DNA of 63,792 nucleotides, filler included, from Chiloscyllium plagiosum (Eukaryota), in NCBI RefSeq assembly GCF_004010195.1. It is 6 parts of one record of this genome, joined end to end, with 100 filler letters (N's around TTAATTAATTAA, not from the genome) between each part and the next. Parts side by side here need not be neighbours in the genome. Positions count along the whole stretch, not along the records: positions 34,657 to 49,173 come from NC_057711.1; 5 more parts are not named here. One strand, given 5' to 3'. Under the pieces are notes generated by a model. That model did not search any database. It saw nothing but the letters and a program-made list of their open reading frames with translations, and had not been told where the DNA came from. Positions 35,081 to 49,050 of the stretch are shown piece by piece. A program made the position numbers and the translations under genes. The first letter of the stretch is position 1. Each line of letters begins with the position of its first letter.

Positions 35081-37929
35081 TTACTAAAATCAAAGCCAAT
35101 TGTATCATGGACATCATTGTCAAGTACAAACCCACACATACTGCTTATACTTGTATGGGAGATTACTGTGCAACTTCTACTCACTAGGAAGTGAAAACAT
35201 TGCATTGAAATGTGAGGTGTAATACTGTAAATTGCTAACTTCATATCAGGGAGAGATCCTAATGAAGTTTGCTGAGGTATCTCTCCAGCGTATACTTGTA
35301 AATAGAGTCTGTAACTGCTGAACTTCACTAAGCTCCAAGTGGTTGTTTAATCCACAAGTGGTCCTTTTCTTGCTTGCTCCCGGGCATCAGTTGTAGGTCT
35401 GACAGTTTGTGTGACTTCACTGACTTGGGTTAATATTCAGGTTGAGCCATGTGAACCTGACTTTTTCAAAAATTCTGAGGTCTTTGCCTGTAGCAAACCC
35501 ATGTGCTGGGCACAGAATGAATGGGAAATAAGCTCTATTTAATCCATTCACCCCATTCTTAATGTGCACAGTGCTGGGATTGGGGAAGAAAGTTAAAATC
35601 AAGCTACATTCAGTCTCAAGTATGTTTTCCATTATACACGTCAAAGTCTTGGAACTCAGTATGAAGGAAAAGCTTCTCAAGTGCTGTGTGTAATGACACT
35701 GTAAATACTTAATTACTGATGCATTTAAAATGTTGTCAAACCAGTAAGCAGAACCATTCCTCCCTTACATACCTCCTGCTACTGCTAGTAAACAATTCTT
35801 TTTAAAATCTTGAAGTGTTTCAAATGCTACGTAAAGAAAACATTCTGATGAAGTTTACAAATGGCCTTGAGGTTTTTTTGGAATGAAGCATTATTCCTTT
35901 TCAAGATATACAATTCAAACTACTTACTCTGATAAATAGATACTTTTTTCTCAAAGTACAAGTTATTTAACTCAAAGTTAACAATCTTGGTTCATTGCAA
36001 GTTTATATACAGGCTCGAATACTGTACCATGATAACTTAGGAACAAATGTAACCCTCAGGATTAACTCACCTGCAAATACGTAGTGGAGAATCTCCCGGT
36101 CACTTTGAAATACTAGCCATGGTTAAACCTTTTACACCCTGCCATAGATGTACAAGACACATTAATTAAGTTGAAATTCATCTTTTATTCTCCATGCCAA
36201 CAATGCATTGACTTCCTCTGGCCTCTCTGTAAGATCTCATCACTTAGTTAAGAGGTGGGTAGAGTGATAAAATGAGAACTGGTTGAAAAAGAGGAATTTT
36301 GCATGAACATATTCACTGATTAAAAATGTTACAGGCATATACTCTGTAACATTTAGCTGAGCTTCACATTAGCACAACACTTTGCAAAAATACTGGATCA
36401 AGCAATTTCATTTATTCTTGCATCTGATCATCACTAGCAAGGCAAGCAGTTGTCCATTTGTAATTGCTCTAGAACTGATATTCCTCTTCAGAGGGCAGTT
36501 AGGAGTCAACCACATTGTTGTGGGCCTGGTGTCATATGTAGACCAGACTGGGTAAGGATGGCAGATTTCATTCCCTTAAGGGCATTTTGTTTTCCTTCCC
36601 TGAAGGACATTACTGAACCTAATAGTGTTATGGTGGGATTTGAACCCATATTCCCAGAACATTAGCTTGAGTTTCTGGATTACTGGTCAGTGTCATTACT
36701 ATTATGTCCCCTTATCGTTGGTAAGCCTGGAATGTGGCAATTACTTAGGATATTTATATGAACAGAGCCCATGCAAAGTTCCCCAACTCATGACAGTTCT
36801 AAACACTATTAAGCTCCCGGGTGAGGAGGGATGGACTGACTCCCCTTCCTTATTCACCCATCCCTTTCTCAGTTTGTTGCAATGTACATAATGTTTTAAT
36901 AAAGGATTCCTTACTTTGTGGGTAGCCTTCTGCCAAAACACATTAACAAATGATGTAAAAGGTGTCAATTTAACCAGGGTTTCTTGAATTACAAAAGAAG
37001 AGTGAGCTTATTAAGTACTTCACACAAGAGTCAATATTAAACCAAAACATAGATTATAAATAAGCAAAGTCAAAAAAAGACAAAGGTTAGAAAATAAGGC
37101 TATACAGATCTGTGTATGAATTGTTCATGAAAGGGTATTATTGTGATTATTGTAAGGTTCCATCTGTAATGTTGACATTAGCATTTCAACAATTGATTTT
37201 GAGATTCTTGGCTTTGTAGGTCGATAAAAATTCCTTTATCCTAATTTCCTTTTATAAAACTGGTTTGTAGCATGCTCAGTGAGAGACTTGCTTCTCTCTC
37301 TCCTGCAGTGCAGAGGTGCTTATTGGTTCTTTCCAAGGTGTGACTTCCGTAAGAAGCTACTCAAGCTCTAGTTCACAGGATGCTAACAATCGCACTGAAA
37401 TAATCTTTTGACCCCTCTTTTGTATATTTCTGGAAAGGGGAAACCATATTAAATGTCTGCAACTGGTGGCTTTCTGCTGAGGGGCGTGGTATGGGCTGGT
37501 AACAGGGAGCCACCTCAACAGCTTGAGTCACTTACTGTGTTTTAAATTTCTTTGACACATTTAGGTGTCACATTTCGTCACACCCACAGAGAAATTGTGT
37601 CAGCCACCACTGAATTTACATCTGCAGTAATTTTGTCTCTTTGAAAAAACACATTTTGGAATTAGAGGATCAAAATGTGTATAAGCTTTCAGAGTTGTGA
37701 CTTGTCATTATAGCACTACTCCTGCCAGACTAATGAAATGAGATCCATTCTAATTTCACTTCAAAGGGTGAAAAAGTGATAAATATCTAAAATAAAACAC
37801 ACAGCCACATAGATATTCATTCGCTTAAGCTTGATCATTATTATATTTTCAATTAAAACTAGATCTCCTTAAGTTCTGGCAGGAAATCTCTGATTACATT
37901 TGATTTCTTGGTAATGTCAGTGATTTTTA

Positions 37930-38556
37930 AGTGCTTTCCTTTATTGGTCATGGTATTGAGTACAGGAGTTGGGAGATCATGTTGCGGCTGTACAGGACAT
38001 TGGTTAGGCCACTGTTGGAATATTGTGGGCAATTCTGGTCTTCTTCCTATCGGAAAGATGTTGTGAAACTTGAAAGGGTTCAGAAAAGATTTACAAGGAT
38101 AGTGCCAGGGTTGGAGGATCTGAGCTACAGGGAGAGGCTGAACAGGCTGGGGCTGTTTTCCCTGGAGCCTGGGGGGGTGACCTTATAGAGGTTTACAAAA
38201 TTATGAGGGGCATGGATAGGATAAATAGACAAAGTATTTTCCCTGGGGTTGGGGAGTCCAGAACTACAGGGCATAGGTTTAGGGTGAGAGGAGAAAGATA
38301 TAAAAGAAGCCTAAGGGGCAACTTTCTCACACAGAGGGTAGTACGTGTATGGAATGAGCTACCAGAGGATGTGGTGGAGGCTGATACAATTGCAACATTT
38401 AAGAGGCATTTGGATGGGTATATGAATAGGAAGGGTTTAGAGGGATTTGGGCCGGGTGCTGGCAGGTGGGACGAGATTGGGTAGGGATATCTGGACGGCA
38501 TGGACGAGTTGGACCGAAGGGTCTGTTTCCATGCTGTACATCTCTATGACTCTATG
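37930..38556 (+). mobile_element. HER1/CR1 3' end
   Basis: ORFs 37931-38188 and 38203-38484 with CR1 C-terminal motifs; ctctatgac tail. Confidence 0.92.
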
Positions 38557-41500
38557 AATCTAAGTGGTGTAGTTGAAGCACAAGCTCCAGTGGTATATCT
38601 CAGTATTCTGTGCCTTAAACCTTCCCACAAAAGTCAATGAGTTGTGCTCAGTATGGACTGTGTTCTCTTTGTACAGATTTAGGACATAGATCTTGAACTG
38701 TTTGATAGCCAGTAATAAACCAGAAGTTTCCTTCTCTACAGTGGAGTACTGCTTCTAAGGTTTGTTCAGTTTTTTGGAGAAGTACACGACTGGTCTCTGT
38801 ATTCCTGATTCATCAGGAGGACCCTACCTGATTTCACTCACAATGATGGCTACTTTCATTGCTTGTTTAAAGTTTGGAGCTACAAGCACAGACCCGCAGG
38901 TTAAATTAGCTTCTGATAATGTTCAACTCCATTTTCCTGTGTTTTCACCATAACATTTGATTCCCTAACTAATTAAAACTCTACCTCAGCCTTGAATATG
39001 CTTAATGACCTAGCCTGTACAGTGTTATGTGGGAACGAATTCTACAGATTTAGGATTTAATGACCGAGCCTGTACTGTGTTATGTGTGGGAAGGAATTCC
39101 ACAGACTCACCACCCTGTGAGAGAAGAAATTCCTCCTCGTCTCAGTCCTACATGTTACCCCTTATTCTGAATTAATGTCCTCTGGTGCTAAACATTCCAA
39201 AAATAACCTTTCTGCACGACAGTGGTAAGCCCTCTATATATCCTGTATGTTTCAAGAAGGTTACCACTCATTCATTTTTATTCCAATGAGGACAGGCCCA
39301 ACTTTTACATCTTCTTCTCTTAAGGCAATCCCTCCATACAGGAGCAGCTTAATGAACCTTCTCTAGAACGCCTCTAGTGCTGCTATATTTTAGAGAAGGT
39401 GGCCAAAACATATTTTACATTCATGGAATGTATGCAAGCTGGCCATGCCAGCATTTATTTCCCATCCCTTATTTGTTCTTGAGAAACTGCTGGAGAGTTG
39501 CCTCCGTGAATGCTGCTGATATAGGTAGACTCACAATGCCATCACCTTTTAATCAATGAATGACTAGTAAAGCTCTTTTTGAAATACATCCTACTGACAT
39601 TATAGGATTTGGTCATTCTAAACAGAGGTCATAATCATTGAATTGACATGGAAATGCAATTGCCTGATATGGGGTATAAGAAAGGCCATAGGGAGGATGA
39701 GGTGGAAGGAGAAGCTTGGCATAGAGTGTATGAGGAGCCTTGGGATGTAAGCAGAGGGTTATACATTGGCATTGGATGAGGCGAGGACCCATGGAGGGTG
39801 GATGGAGGGCATGAAGTGATTAACTTGAGGCATGGGGATGTGTGGGATGTGAGGGATGTGAGTACTAAGGATTACTGTATTTACTATAAATGGGACATGG
39901 TCAGCCTTCTAAACAACCACCCTTTTACTCAGCAGAACTCATTCTGGGGACTGCAGGGTTAACTTTAGCACTGAATTGAATCATTTAGGGCACATATATT
40001 CAATATAAAATACAGTGAAAAATGTGTACCGTCACCATGCATAGGCACAATTCACATGAACTTAAAATAAAAATTAAGAAATAAAATAAGTTAGATCCAA
40101 CATTTTCTTCTCTGCCAACAATCAACCATCCTTCTGGAGTATTAATTGCAGTTTCGGAGCCAGTCTTTCCTGAGGTCAGTGTGTGAAGCCAGGAGTTTTC
40201 CTAACTCCTGCTACCCACATCAATGATGAACATCCAGTCCGGGATGTCTACTGTGGTCCACCATAGTGGGAATAAATGCCCATTGCATTGCCAATGAGCA
40301 AACTCTGAAACAATTGGTGTAATATTGTACATTGATCCTAAATATGGGTACTCATGCAACACGTGTTATGGAAATTGTGGAACGATGCTGTGTTCTCAGG
40401 GATGTTCACACCCAAACCCCTCCCTGTGGGCATTGTGGGCCTACCTACAGTAGTTGGACAGCAGCAGGTTCAAGAAGGCAGCTCACACCAGCTTTTCAAG
40501 GGCAACCAGAGACAGGCAATAAATGGTGGCCAGCCAACTATGGCTACGTCACTGCCGGGCCAATAAGGGAATTTTTAAAAGTGTCACTTCTGGGATTTAT
40601 TGCTAGAAATAATTATTGAGGATGCAACATAAATTTAATCAAAAACAAACAAACATTTGCATTTGGAAGTGAAAAGAGAAGGCAAAATATGTGTGTGTGT
40701 GCAGCAAATGGGCATGTTATAACAAGGTTTATTTTCTCATTATTTCAGATCAGGAATTGGTATGTAGTTCTCAACCAATGTTTTCTCTCTTTGTATTTGT
40801 GATGTTTTGAATTAGTTTTTGTTCAAGCCATGACTGCACTGAAAGTTTAACCACAAACTAGTCTTGTTACTTTGAATAGTTGACAATGAGGTATCACCCA
40901 GGATTTGGCTCATTGTATCTTAGGTCACTAAGAGCAAAGGAACATTCTTGGTGTTCAATGTTGCTACAACATGTGGTGAGGATTACAATTTTAACTCCAG
41001 AGAGCTGGGACTTTGTAACTTTGTTTATGTTTTCTGCTCTTTTCAACTCCCCAAGACTGAGTGACCTCCTTTAGTGTTGCACAATTTCTATGTTTTTACA
41101 TGGCACATAATCCTGTGGCAGGCAAAGATGCCTGTTGTTGCAATCTTCCTTCCCCCCTCCATGGAATTAGCTCTCTAACAGAGTCTGCTTGAAATATTTC
41201 AATTGGTCTGACTGCTCGAGCAGAGCCCAGGAGGAATGGGGTTGAACCCAGGCCACTGAGAGCCTACTATAATTAAGGTCAGATGGAAAACTTGGTTTGA
41301 AGACTCCTACTCATGGTGATGAATTTCTGTCCCGCCCAGCACCAAGCACCAAACACCAACGTATTATACTCTACTCAGAGGAGTGCTCCTCAGTGTCCAA
41401 CAGTGGCGCCAACATCATGAACCTATTTGGCATGACCATCCAGGTGGCAATATGTGCTGGTTTTTGTTAACTGGGAGGAAGAAGAAGATGTGGCGTGACA

Positions 41501-42299
41501 GAGTCTGCAATTCTAAAAATTGCAAGGGTTAACCTAAGATAGGATGCTTGTTGAGAGTTAATATAGTGTTTATCCCAAAAGAGAAACTTTGGCATAAATT
41601 TTAACAAGAAAAGGTCAACTTAACAATTTTAAAGCATATGGTTTTATTTATAGCCATGTAAAAGCCATTGCTGTGTTTCTCAAATTTGTTTTAGCAAAGA
41701 TGTGATTACTATCAAATAGATTTCACCATGTTCTTTTTTGTGCTGAATCATTTATGTTGCAAAGTTGAATTAACTCCACTGTTATTTTGTGTATTTTGTG
41801 TCTCTGTAAAGTGCTTTGCCCTGCTCAGAGTTGTGCTGTGCCTCTGTTTTGGATTTCAACACTAGGGATTACCATCCACTTCAATAAATGCAGCTGATGC
41901 TACAGGGCCGGGCTTGAAAGTGTGCAGTTACATAGGCCAGGATTTCATTCCTGGGAGTGTACCATTCCCCACATTTGGGCAGATTCTTAGTATTTTGTGG
42001 CAAGGTGGGAGTCATGTTGAGGTTGGTGGAGTGATTCCTGCTGCAAGGCTGGGTGAGATATCTCACCAGGTCTTACAGAAATCCCTACTTTAGTTGCTAT
42101 TTGAGCTCATGCAGTGGGATTTCTGCCCTATTTTCATCTCATCTTTCTTCACACCGTTCCCAAGCAACTAACAAATCACCGGCGCTCTGGGAATTCATTG
42201 GCATCCATTCCATCCGCGCAATCTTTAAAATCCTGCTGTGCACCTGGACAAGAACTATAAGACCAGAGCTGCCCTACGTGGTTCTGACATTTGCCCTGG

Positions 42300-42510
42300 A
42301 CATGGTGGACAAAGGGAGTTTGTCTCCTGGCTTTGTATGCATGCTCCTGGAGCTGCTGCTGGACAGGGTGGTGCACAGACAGGACTTCCTCTTGCCCCAG
42401 GGCCAGCAGTGGAGGCCATGACATCAGAGCGTGCCAGCCTGCTCTGTTTCAGCCGTTTGGAGAAATGCCCAGCACTGTAGGAATATGGTCAATGTACTTT
42501 TCCGTTCTGC
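42300..42510 (+). pseudogene. Decayed Harbinger-type Myb/SANT-like ORF
   Basis: SPGF..LLELLLDRVVHRQDFLLPQ...QHCRNMVNVL resembles the PRF..ELEVLL..V..R...L...QCRKK.NDL pattern. Confidence 0.45.
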
Positions 42511-45500
42511 CAGCATAGGTTTCACCATCTTATCTTCAATATCTGACACTCTATCTCTGCTACTGGACCCACCTTCCACTAAGACTCACCTTCTACAGCT
42601 CTCCCTAATACATGTAAAATATTGTCACTCACCCTTGACCCTGCCCACCCTACATACCCTGTGCAGTGACTGCTCACTTCTTCTACTGTAATAGCTGTGT
42701 CACCTACTTTAACCTTCTATAATATTCACTTCTCTCTCATCCCAAGGGCAAAACAGCCCACAATATGGTAGAAAGAGTCAAGCTGGGTGGTGTGCTGCCT
42801 GTCATTTGGCTCCTCATCCCTTACGAGGAGGGCATTGTGTTTATGACTGCCCTGAGCAGGGCCTGGACAGGTCTTGGAGACTGGCCTAGACTCACTGTGC
42901 CTGGACCCTCCGAGCCAGAAGCTAACAATGTTGACTGGACTGAGGCCTGCCAACAGCTATAATAAACTGCATTGCTTTCCACATTTGACTGTCGGGTCAG
43001 AGATCCTGTTGACTGGCATTCTAGAGTAAGAACAGAGCCACTCTAGAGTTAGACTGTTTTAAAACAAAAAGACAGATGTAAATTATGGCCACCCAGGGTA
43101 AACTGGACTGAGGTCCACCCAGTCTGATGGTTAACACAGATTTAGGATGAGGTAACACCCTATAAAACAATGAGTTATTTATCAAGACCTTGTTGTGAAA
43201 TCATTCACCTGCCATTAGATTCTCAAACCATCACTTTAGTGAATAGCTCCATAGTTCAACTGTTTTCACACGTACCTTCTGCTCTGAACAATTTGATCTG
43301 TGTTTATGTCATCTCCTTTCATACCTCAAGCTGTATAGGCATCCAGCAGAGGTTCACTCGGCTGAAACCAAGTGTGGAGAAACTGTCTTAAGAGGAGAGC
43401 TTGAGTAGATTGGGCCCATACTCATTAGAATTTCGAGGGATGAGGGACTGAACCCTGGGGAATTCCAATACGAACCTTCCTCCACCTTAAAAAATATCCA
43501 TCGACCATTAAACATAATCAATTCCATCTTCCCAAGAAAAATATACTTCTGTCTTCAAAGCCAAGTTGCAGATGTTTCACTATTGTATCTTTTTGCTACT
43601 TGTTATTTATACTTAAGAGTGTTTATATGTCATATTATTCAAATATTCAGAATGGCCATTCAGTTCAGTGTTTCTCATCAAACAGTTGAACTATGGAGCT
43701 ATTCACTAAAGTGACTTGTGTACTCAAAATGAAAAGCTTTGACAAAATATGTCCTTTTCTCAGCAGCTAAGTTCTGTACTAAATGATGAAAAGTAGCTTC
43801 CATCCTGCAGTCATACACTCATTATTATTTCATAAGCTTTGTAACAAAGTAAAGTTAAATCAAAAGCCTAATATTTTAGTATAGTTTTTAGATTAAAACA
43901 TCTACCAGTTACTCTCCCACTAGGCCCTGTCTGACCATGGGGCACTTATTCAGCTAACTGGAGATGTAGCTAAGAAAAAAAAAGAAAAAACTACAGAACA
44001 AAGGGATTTGAGAGTTGTTATGCATAAATCATAAAAAGCTAGCATCCAAGTTCAGTGTGTAACAGGGAAGGCAAATGGATGTTGGCCTTTATTTAAAGAG
44101 GAATGAAAAATAAAATTAGGGACATTTTCTGAAAACTGTACAAAGCACAAATCAGACCTCAGCTGGAATACTTTCAATCATTTATCTAAGAAAAGATACA
44201 CTGGCATTGGTGTCATCCAGGCAGGGTTCACCAGGCTGACACCAGGTATGGACAGGCTGCATAGATTGGGCTTGTACTCATCGGAATTTAGAAGGATGAG
44301 AGACTGAACCTCGGGGAATTCCAATACAAATCTTCCTCCAGCCTAAAAAAATCCATCAACCATTACACTTAGTTTCCTGATGTAGATTCTAGTGCACTGA
44401 GCCTTAGATGAGGGCCTTCTCAGTCTCATAACCCCTTTGTACAGGAGAACAGTTAACCATTTCCCACATTCGGTGAACACTTAGAATGTTAAGAAATGGG
44501 AGGGTATGGTTAGACACAAACAGAAAACTCAGATAGAGTAAGAACAAGATTGGGCGGACCTTTACCAAGGGGAGTTTCATGGAGGGTTCCTCTCTGCTAA
44601 CTCATGTGGGTTTTCTTACACACATGACGAATGCATCTCACTTCCTGTGATGCTGTGCCTACACTATCTGACACTCACCAATGGCCTCACCATGGCCAAG
44701 GTTGTCTGGGATATAAAGCTGAGCTGTGCACGAGGTCAATTGCAGCCAGCCACAGTTGCAGTTTCAGAACTTCTGCCCCAAAGACGGCTGACAGAAGCAA
44801 GTAGGTACCTCAACTTGCTGACAGCTTCCTAAAGGTACTGGGGGAGGTGGTGGAGAGAGAGTCACTCTTCTTCAGGACTGCCAGAGGATAGTTACCACCT
44901 AGATCAGTGTGTTGTCCACAGTCTGGAGAAACACCCAGATCAGTTTGATGTTCAACAGCATTTAAACAATGTGAACTACATAGAAAGTTCAATGCTGTAA
45001 GCTGCATTAGTAATTGAGAATACAGGGGGTACACAGGCCCCTGCAGCATCAAAGTACTTAGTCAGTGAAAGATAACTTCACACAACTCAGTTCCTTTCAG
45101 TGATGGTCACGAAGACTTTCTGCCTGTGTCACTTTGTCCGATGCTCTGTAAGGTGCTGTAGCTTCTGAAGAATGTCTTCATTTTCTGACTCAGCACAATC
45201 CTCATCGTCTGTCACATTATTTGGTGTGTCCTCTGGTTTTCCACAGCAGGGATTCCATGGATTAAGCAGCGTCTTTATCTGCACAATACGGTACTAATCC
45301 CCAGACATGACCCACATGATGCTGCTGTGGACAGGATATCCTAGTGCAGGAAGGTGTTCCATTACAGATACACTGCACATCGTGACGTGTCATTCCGACT
45401 GCCATCTCTAAGCAGGATATGGTGCCACCGACCCTTCCACATCTGTACGGCAATCCATCGAAGACCAGTGACTGTAGGTTTCCTTCATCTTCATCACATC

Positions 45501-46632
45501 ATGAGGCCACCTACAGCTGGAATCTCACATTGAGAGGCTGTTCCACTTCTGTTGGGGGTCGATGTGGTCCTGAGCTTCAGACCCATGTGTTTCTCATTCA
45601 TTCCTCTAACAGCTCTTACAGTCACACCGCTGACCATTGCTTCTGTGCCTGGATCCATTGGAGATGTTCCCAATGAGCCGCTGTGGGCAATATCAGAGAC
45701 AAAGCAGCTCCTCAATCATTCAGCTGTCGCAGCAATCACAAAAAATATTTCAACAGCATCCTCCAAACACTGGGACATGGGGATCCCAACTAGAAGGCCA
45801 ATGGGACGCTTCTACAGTGACCTTGCCCATGGCGGCCCAGATTCAGACATAAACTGTTCAGGTCTTTTGGGGCACATTCAGTGGGAGATTGTCCGTGTAG
45901 CAGCAACAATGAAGACAATTAGGGATGGCTAATAAATGCTGGCCTGGCCTGTAACATTCACACGTGTGAATGAATAACAAAAAAAGCCAATGCATGAGGT
46001 CCACATACGGTGTTATGTGATAACAGACGTAATTCATCTGTACTGCGTGTGTATGTCTGTTTAATGCTGTTGCCTCTTGAGGGGTCTCACATCACACAAA
46101 AGTGGAGAACTCTCCTGTACAGCAAGAAAGAAATACTTACTTCCCCCAGTGTAGATGTTGCTGCACCTGTGATTTGGATGAGATAGATAGTGCTTCACCG
46201 AGTGAGTCACTGACACCCCCAAACTTCCATGTTCCTTTCTGCCTTGTCCTCCTCATCAACTCCACTGTTGAAATCTTAGAGGCCTGAACAATGTAGGCTA
46301 TGGTGAGATCTTTGGCAAAATTGTGTGAGAATTTCCTGTGACACTCACCTCGGTCTCAGGAGCAAATTGTTGCATCTTTCATTTATTTGTTAAGCGGTTG
46401 GCGCGTTCCTCTCTAGGCACTGGTGAAATGTCAACGAAGAGGGATTAAGGTTTATTAAATGCCTTATAATGGCACAAGTCACCTCATTAATAATCAACTT
46501 GCTATCTTATCAAAAGAGCAGAACACGTTAGACATCAAGAATTCTAGAATTCAGACCAGGCATTTGATGACTTCAGCATATTCCAAAGGACCTCCACTTT
46601 GGTCACTGCACAAAAACATTGCAGGGTCTGCT

Positions 46633-47047
46633 TCACACACACTGGGACACATGTACCCCATATTCACACGCACCGGGACACATGTACCCCATATTCACAC
46701 ACACCGGGACACATGTACCCCATATTCACACGCACCAGGACACATGTACCCCATATTCACACACACCGGGACACATATACCCCATATTCACACGCACCAG
46801 GACACATGTACCCCATATTCACACACACCGGGACACATATACCCCATATTCACACGCACCAGGACACATGTACCCCATATTCACACACACCGGGACACAT
46901 GTACCCTATATTCACACACACCGGGACACATGTACCCCATATTCACACGCACCAGGACACATGTACCCCATATTCACACACACCGGAACACATGTACCCC
47001 ATATTCACACATACCGGGACACATGTACCCCATATTCACAGACACCG
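46633..47047. repeat. 31-bp minisatellite, ~13 copies
   Basis: Unit GGACACATGTACCCCATATTCACAC(A/G)CACC(G/A). Confidence 0.95.
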
Positions 47048-47353
47048 ACATCCAACATATGCCAGTGTCTAAGAATCCTTACGGCATATCTCTGAGCCAA
47101 TTACAAAGACATTTCTGCACTTCAATACTACATTTTGGACTCTCACTTTTTATGGTGCAACAGGACACTCAGGGACACGCACCCAGCTCATGGACTGCAC
47201 CAGGCTGCATCTCCAGATTGTATGCTCACAGTCATAGTGGTCACTTGCTCTAAGCTTACTCGGCTGTTTAATGCACCCTGCCTTACATTGCCTTGCCAAG
47301 TTCTTTTGTGTTTTTCCTCCTCAGCCAGAGACACCAGACCCTTATTACTTCTG

Positions 47354-48770
47354 GGCAAAAATGAGGACTGCAGATGCTGGAAACCAGAGTAGAGATCAGA
47401 GTCGTGCTGGAAAAGCACAGCAGGTCAGGCAGCATCCAAAGAGCAGGAAAATTTACGTTTTGGGCAAAAGCCCTTCATCAGGAATGGAGGCAGGGAGCCT
47501 CCAGGATGGAGAGATAAATTTATTTTGGGAGGGGGGGGGGGGTGCGTGGGGCTGGGGAGGAGGTAGCAAAGGGTACAATAGGTAAATGGGGGTGGGGATG
47601 GAGGTGATAGGTCAGTCTCCCAATAGCCAGTGGGAGATATGTAGACAGATCATGGAAAGCTGTAAAAGCAACACAATGTAGAGGGTTGTTTTAACTTCCC
47701 TACATTGACTGGGACTCCCTTAGTGCCAGGGGCTTTGATGGAGTATAATTTGTTAGGTGCATCCATGAGTGGTGATGGAGGAGGCCCAGGATCTGCATGT
47801 CTTCAGCAGGTTGGGAGGGGAAGTTGAAATGTTGGGCCACGGGGCGGTGCGGTTGATTGGTGCGGGTGTCCTGGAGATGTTCCCTAAAGCGCTCTGCGAG
47901 GAGGCATCCAGTCTCCCCAGTGTAGAGGAGACCGCATCGGGAGCAACAGATACAATAAATGATATTGGTGGAAGTGCAGGTGAAACTTTGATGGATGTAG
48001 AAGGCAATTTTAGGGCCTTGGATGGAGGTGAGGGGGAGGTGTGGGTGCAGGTTTTGCAATTCCTGCGGTGGCAGGGGAGGGTGCCAGGAGGGGAGGGTGG
48101 GCTTTTGGGGGAGCGTGAACCTGACCAGGCAAACATGGAGGGAATGGTCTTTGCGGAAAGGGGTAGGGAGGGAAATATATCTCTGGATTGGAGGTGGCGG
48201 AAATGTCGGCGGATGATTTGGTTTATGTGGAGGTTTGTAGGGTGGAAGGTGAGCACCAGGGGCGTTCTGTCCTTGTTGTGGTTGGAGGGGTGGGGTCTGA
48301 GGGCGGAGGTGCGGGATGTGGATGAGATGTGTTGGGAGGGCATCTTCAACCACGTGGGAAGGGAAATTGCAATCTTTAAAGAAGGGTCCATCTGGTGTGC
48401 TCTGTGATGGAATTGGTCCTCCTGGGAGCAGATATGGTGGAGGCGGAGGAATTGGGAATATGGGATGGCATTTTTGCAGGAGGTAGGGTGGGAAGAGGTG
48501 TAATCCAGGTAGCAGTGGGAATCAGTGGGTTTGTAAAAAATGTCAGTGTCAAGTCGGTCATCATTAATGGAGATGGAGAGGTCCAGGAAGGGGAAGGAGG
48601 TGTCAGAGATGGTCCACCTTCTCCCTAGCCCCACCGCCCCATTTATTTCTCCACCCTGGATGCTCCCTGCCTCCATTCCTGATGAAGGGCTTTTGCCCAA
48701 AATGTCGATTTTCCTGCTCCTCAGATGCTGCCTGACCTGCTATGCTTTTCCAGCACCACTCCAATCTAGA
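47354..48770 (-). mobile_element. Penelope-like element: 3' LTR (-) 47354-47615, CR1 endonuclease insert 47616-47765, RT/GIY-YIG (-) 47766-48612, inverted partial LTR (+) ~48617-48770
   Basis: FPFLDL, FYKPTDSH.YLDYTSSHP..CKNAIPYSQFLR, C.RRNCKTC, IIYCICCSRCGLLYTGETG..RFREH; both LTRs carry the hammerhead-like core. Confidence 0.9.
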
Positions 48771-49050
48771 TTGAGTGAAGTGCAGATAAAGTGCTGCTTC
48801 ACCTGGAAGGTGTGTTTGGGCCCTTGGATACTGAGGAGGCAGGAAGTAAGTGGACGGATGTTATACTTTCTGTGGATGCAGGGGAAGCTACCGTGAGGCT
48901 GTGGGAGGATGCTGGGAGTGAGGGATGAGCGGATCCAGGGTCTCCCAAAGGGAACGGTCTCTGCAGAAAGCTGACAAAGGAGAGCAGAATTGGTGGCTAA
49001 TGATCCTCTGGATATGGATTCTGGTGGGATGGCAGTTAAGGACAAGGGGG

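Noticed and set aside
39004..39110. ~55-bp tandem duplication
   Set aside because: Ordinary slippage duplication inside a decayed CR1 tail.
46459..47253. Three overlapping His/Thr/Pro-rich ORFs
   Set aside because: By-product of the stop-free 31-bp minisatellite.
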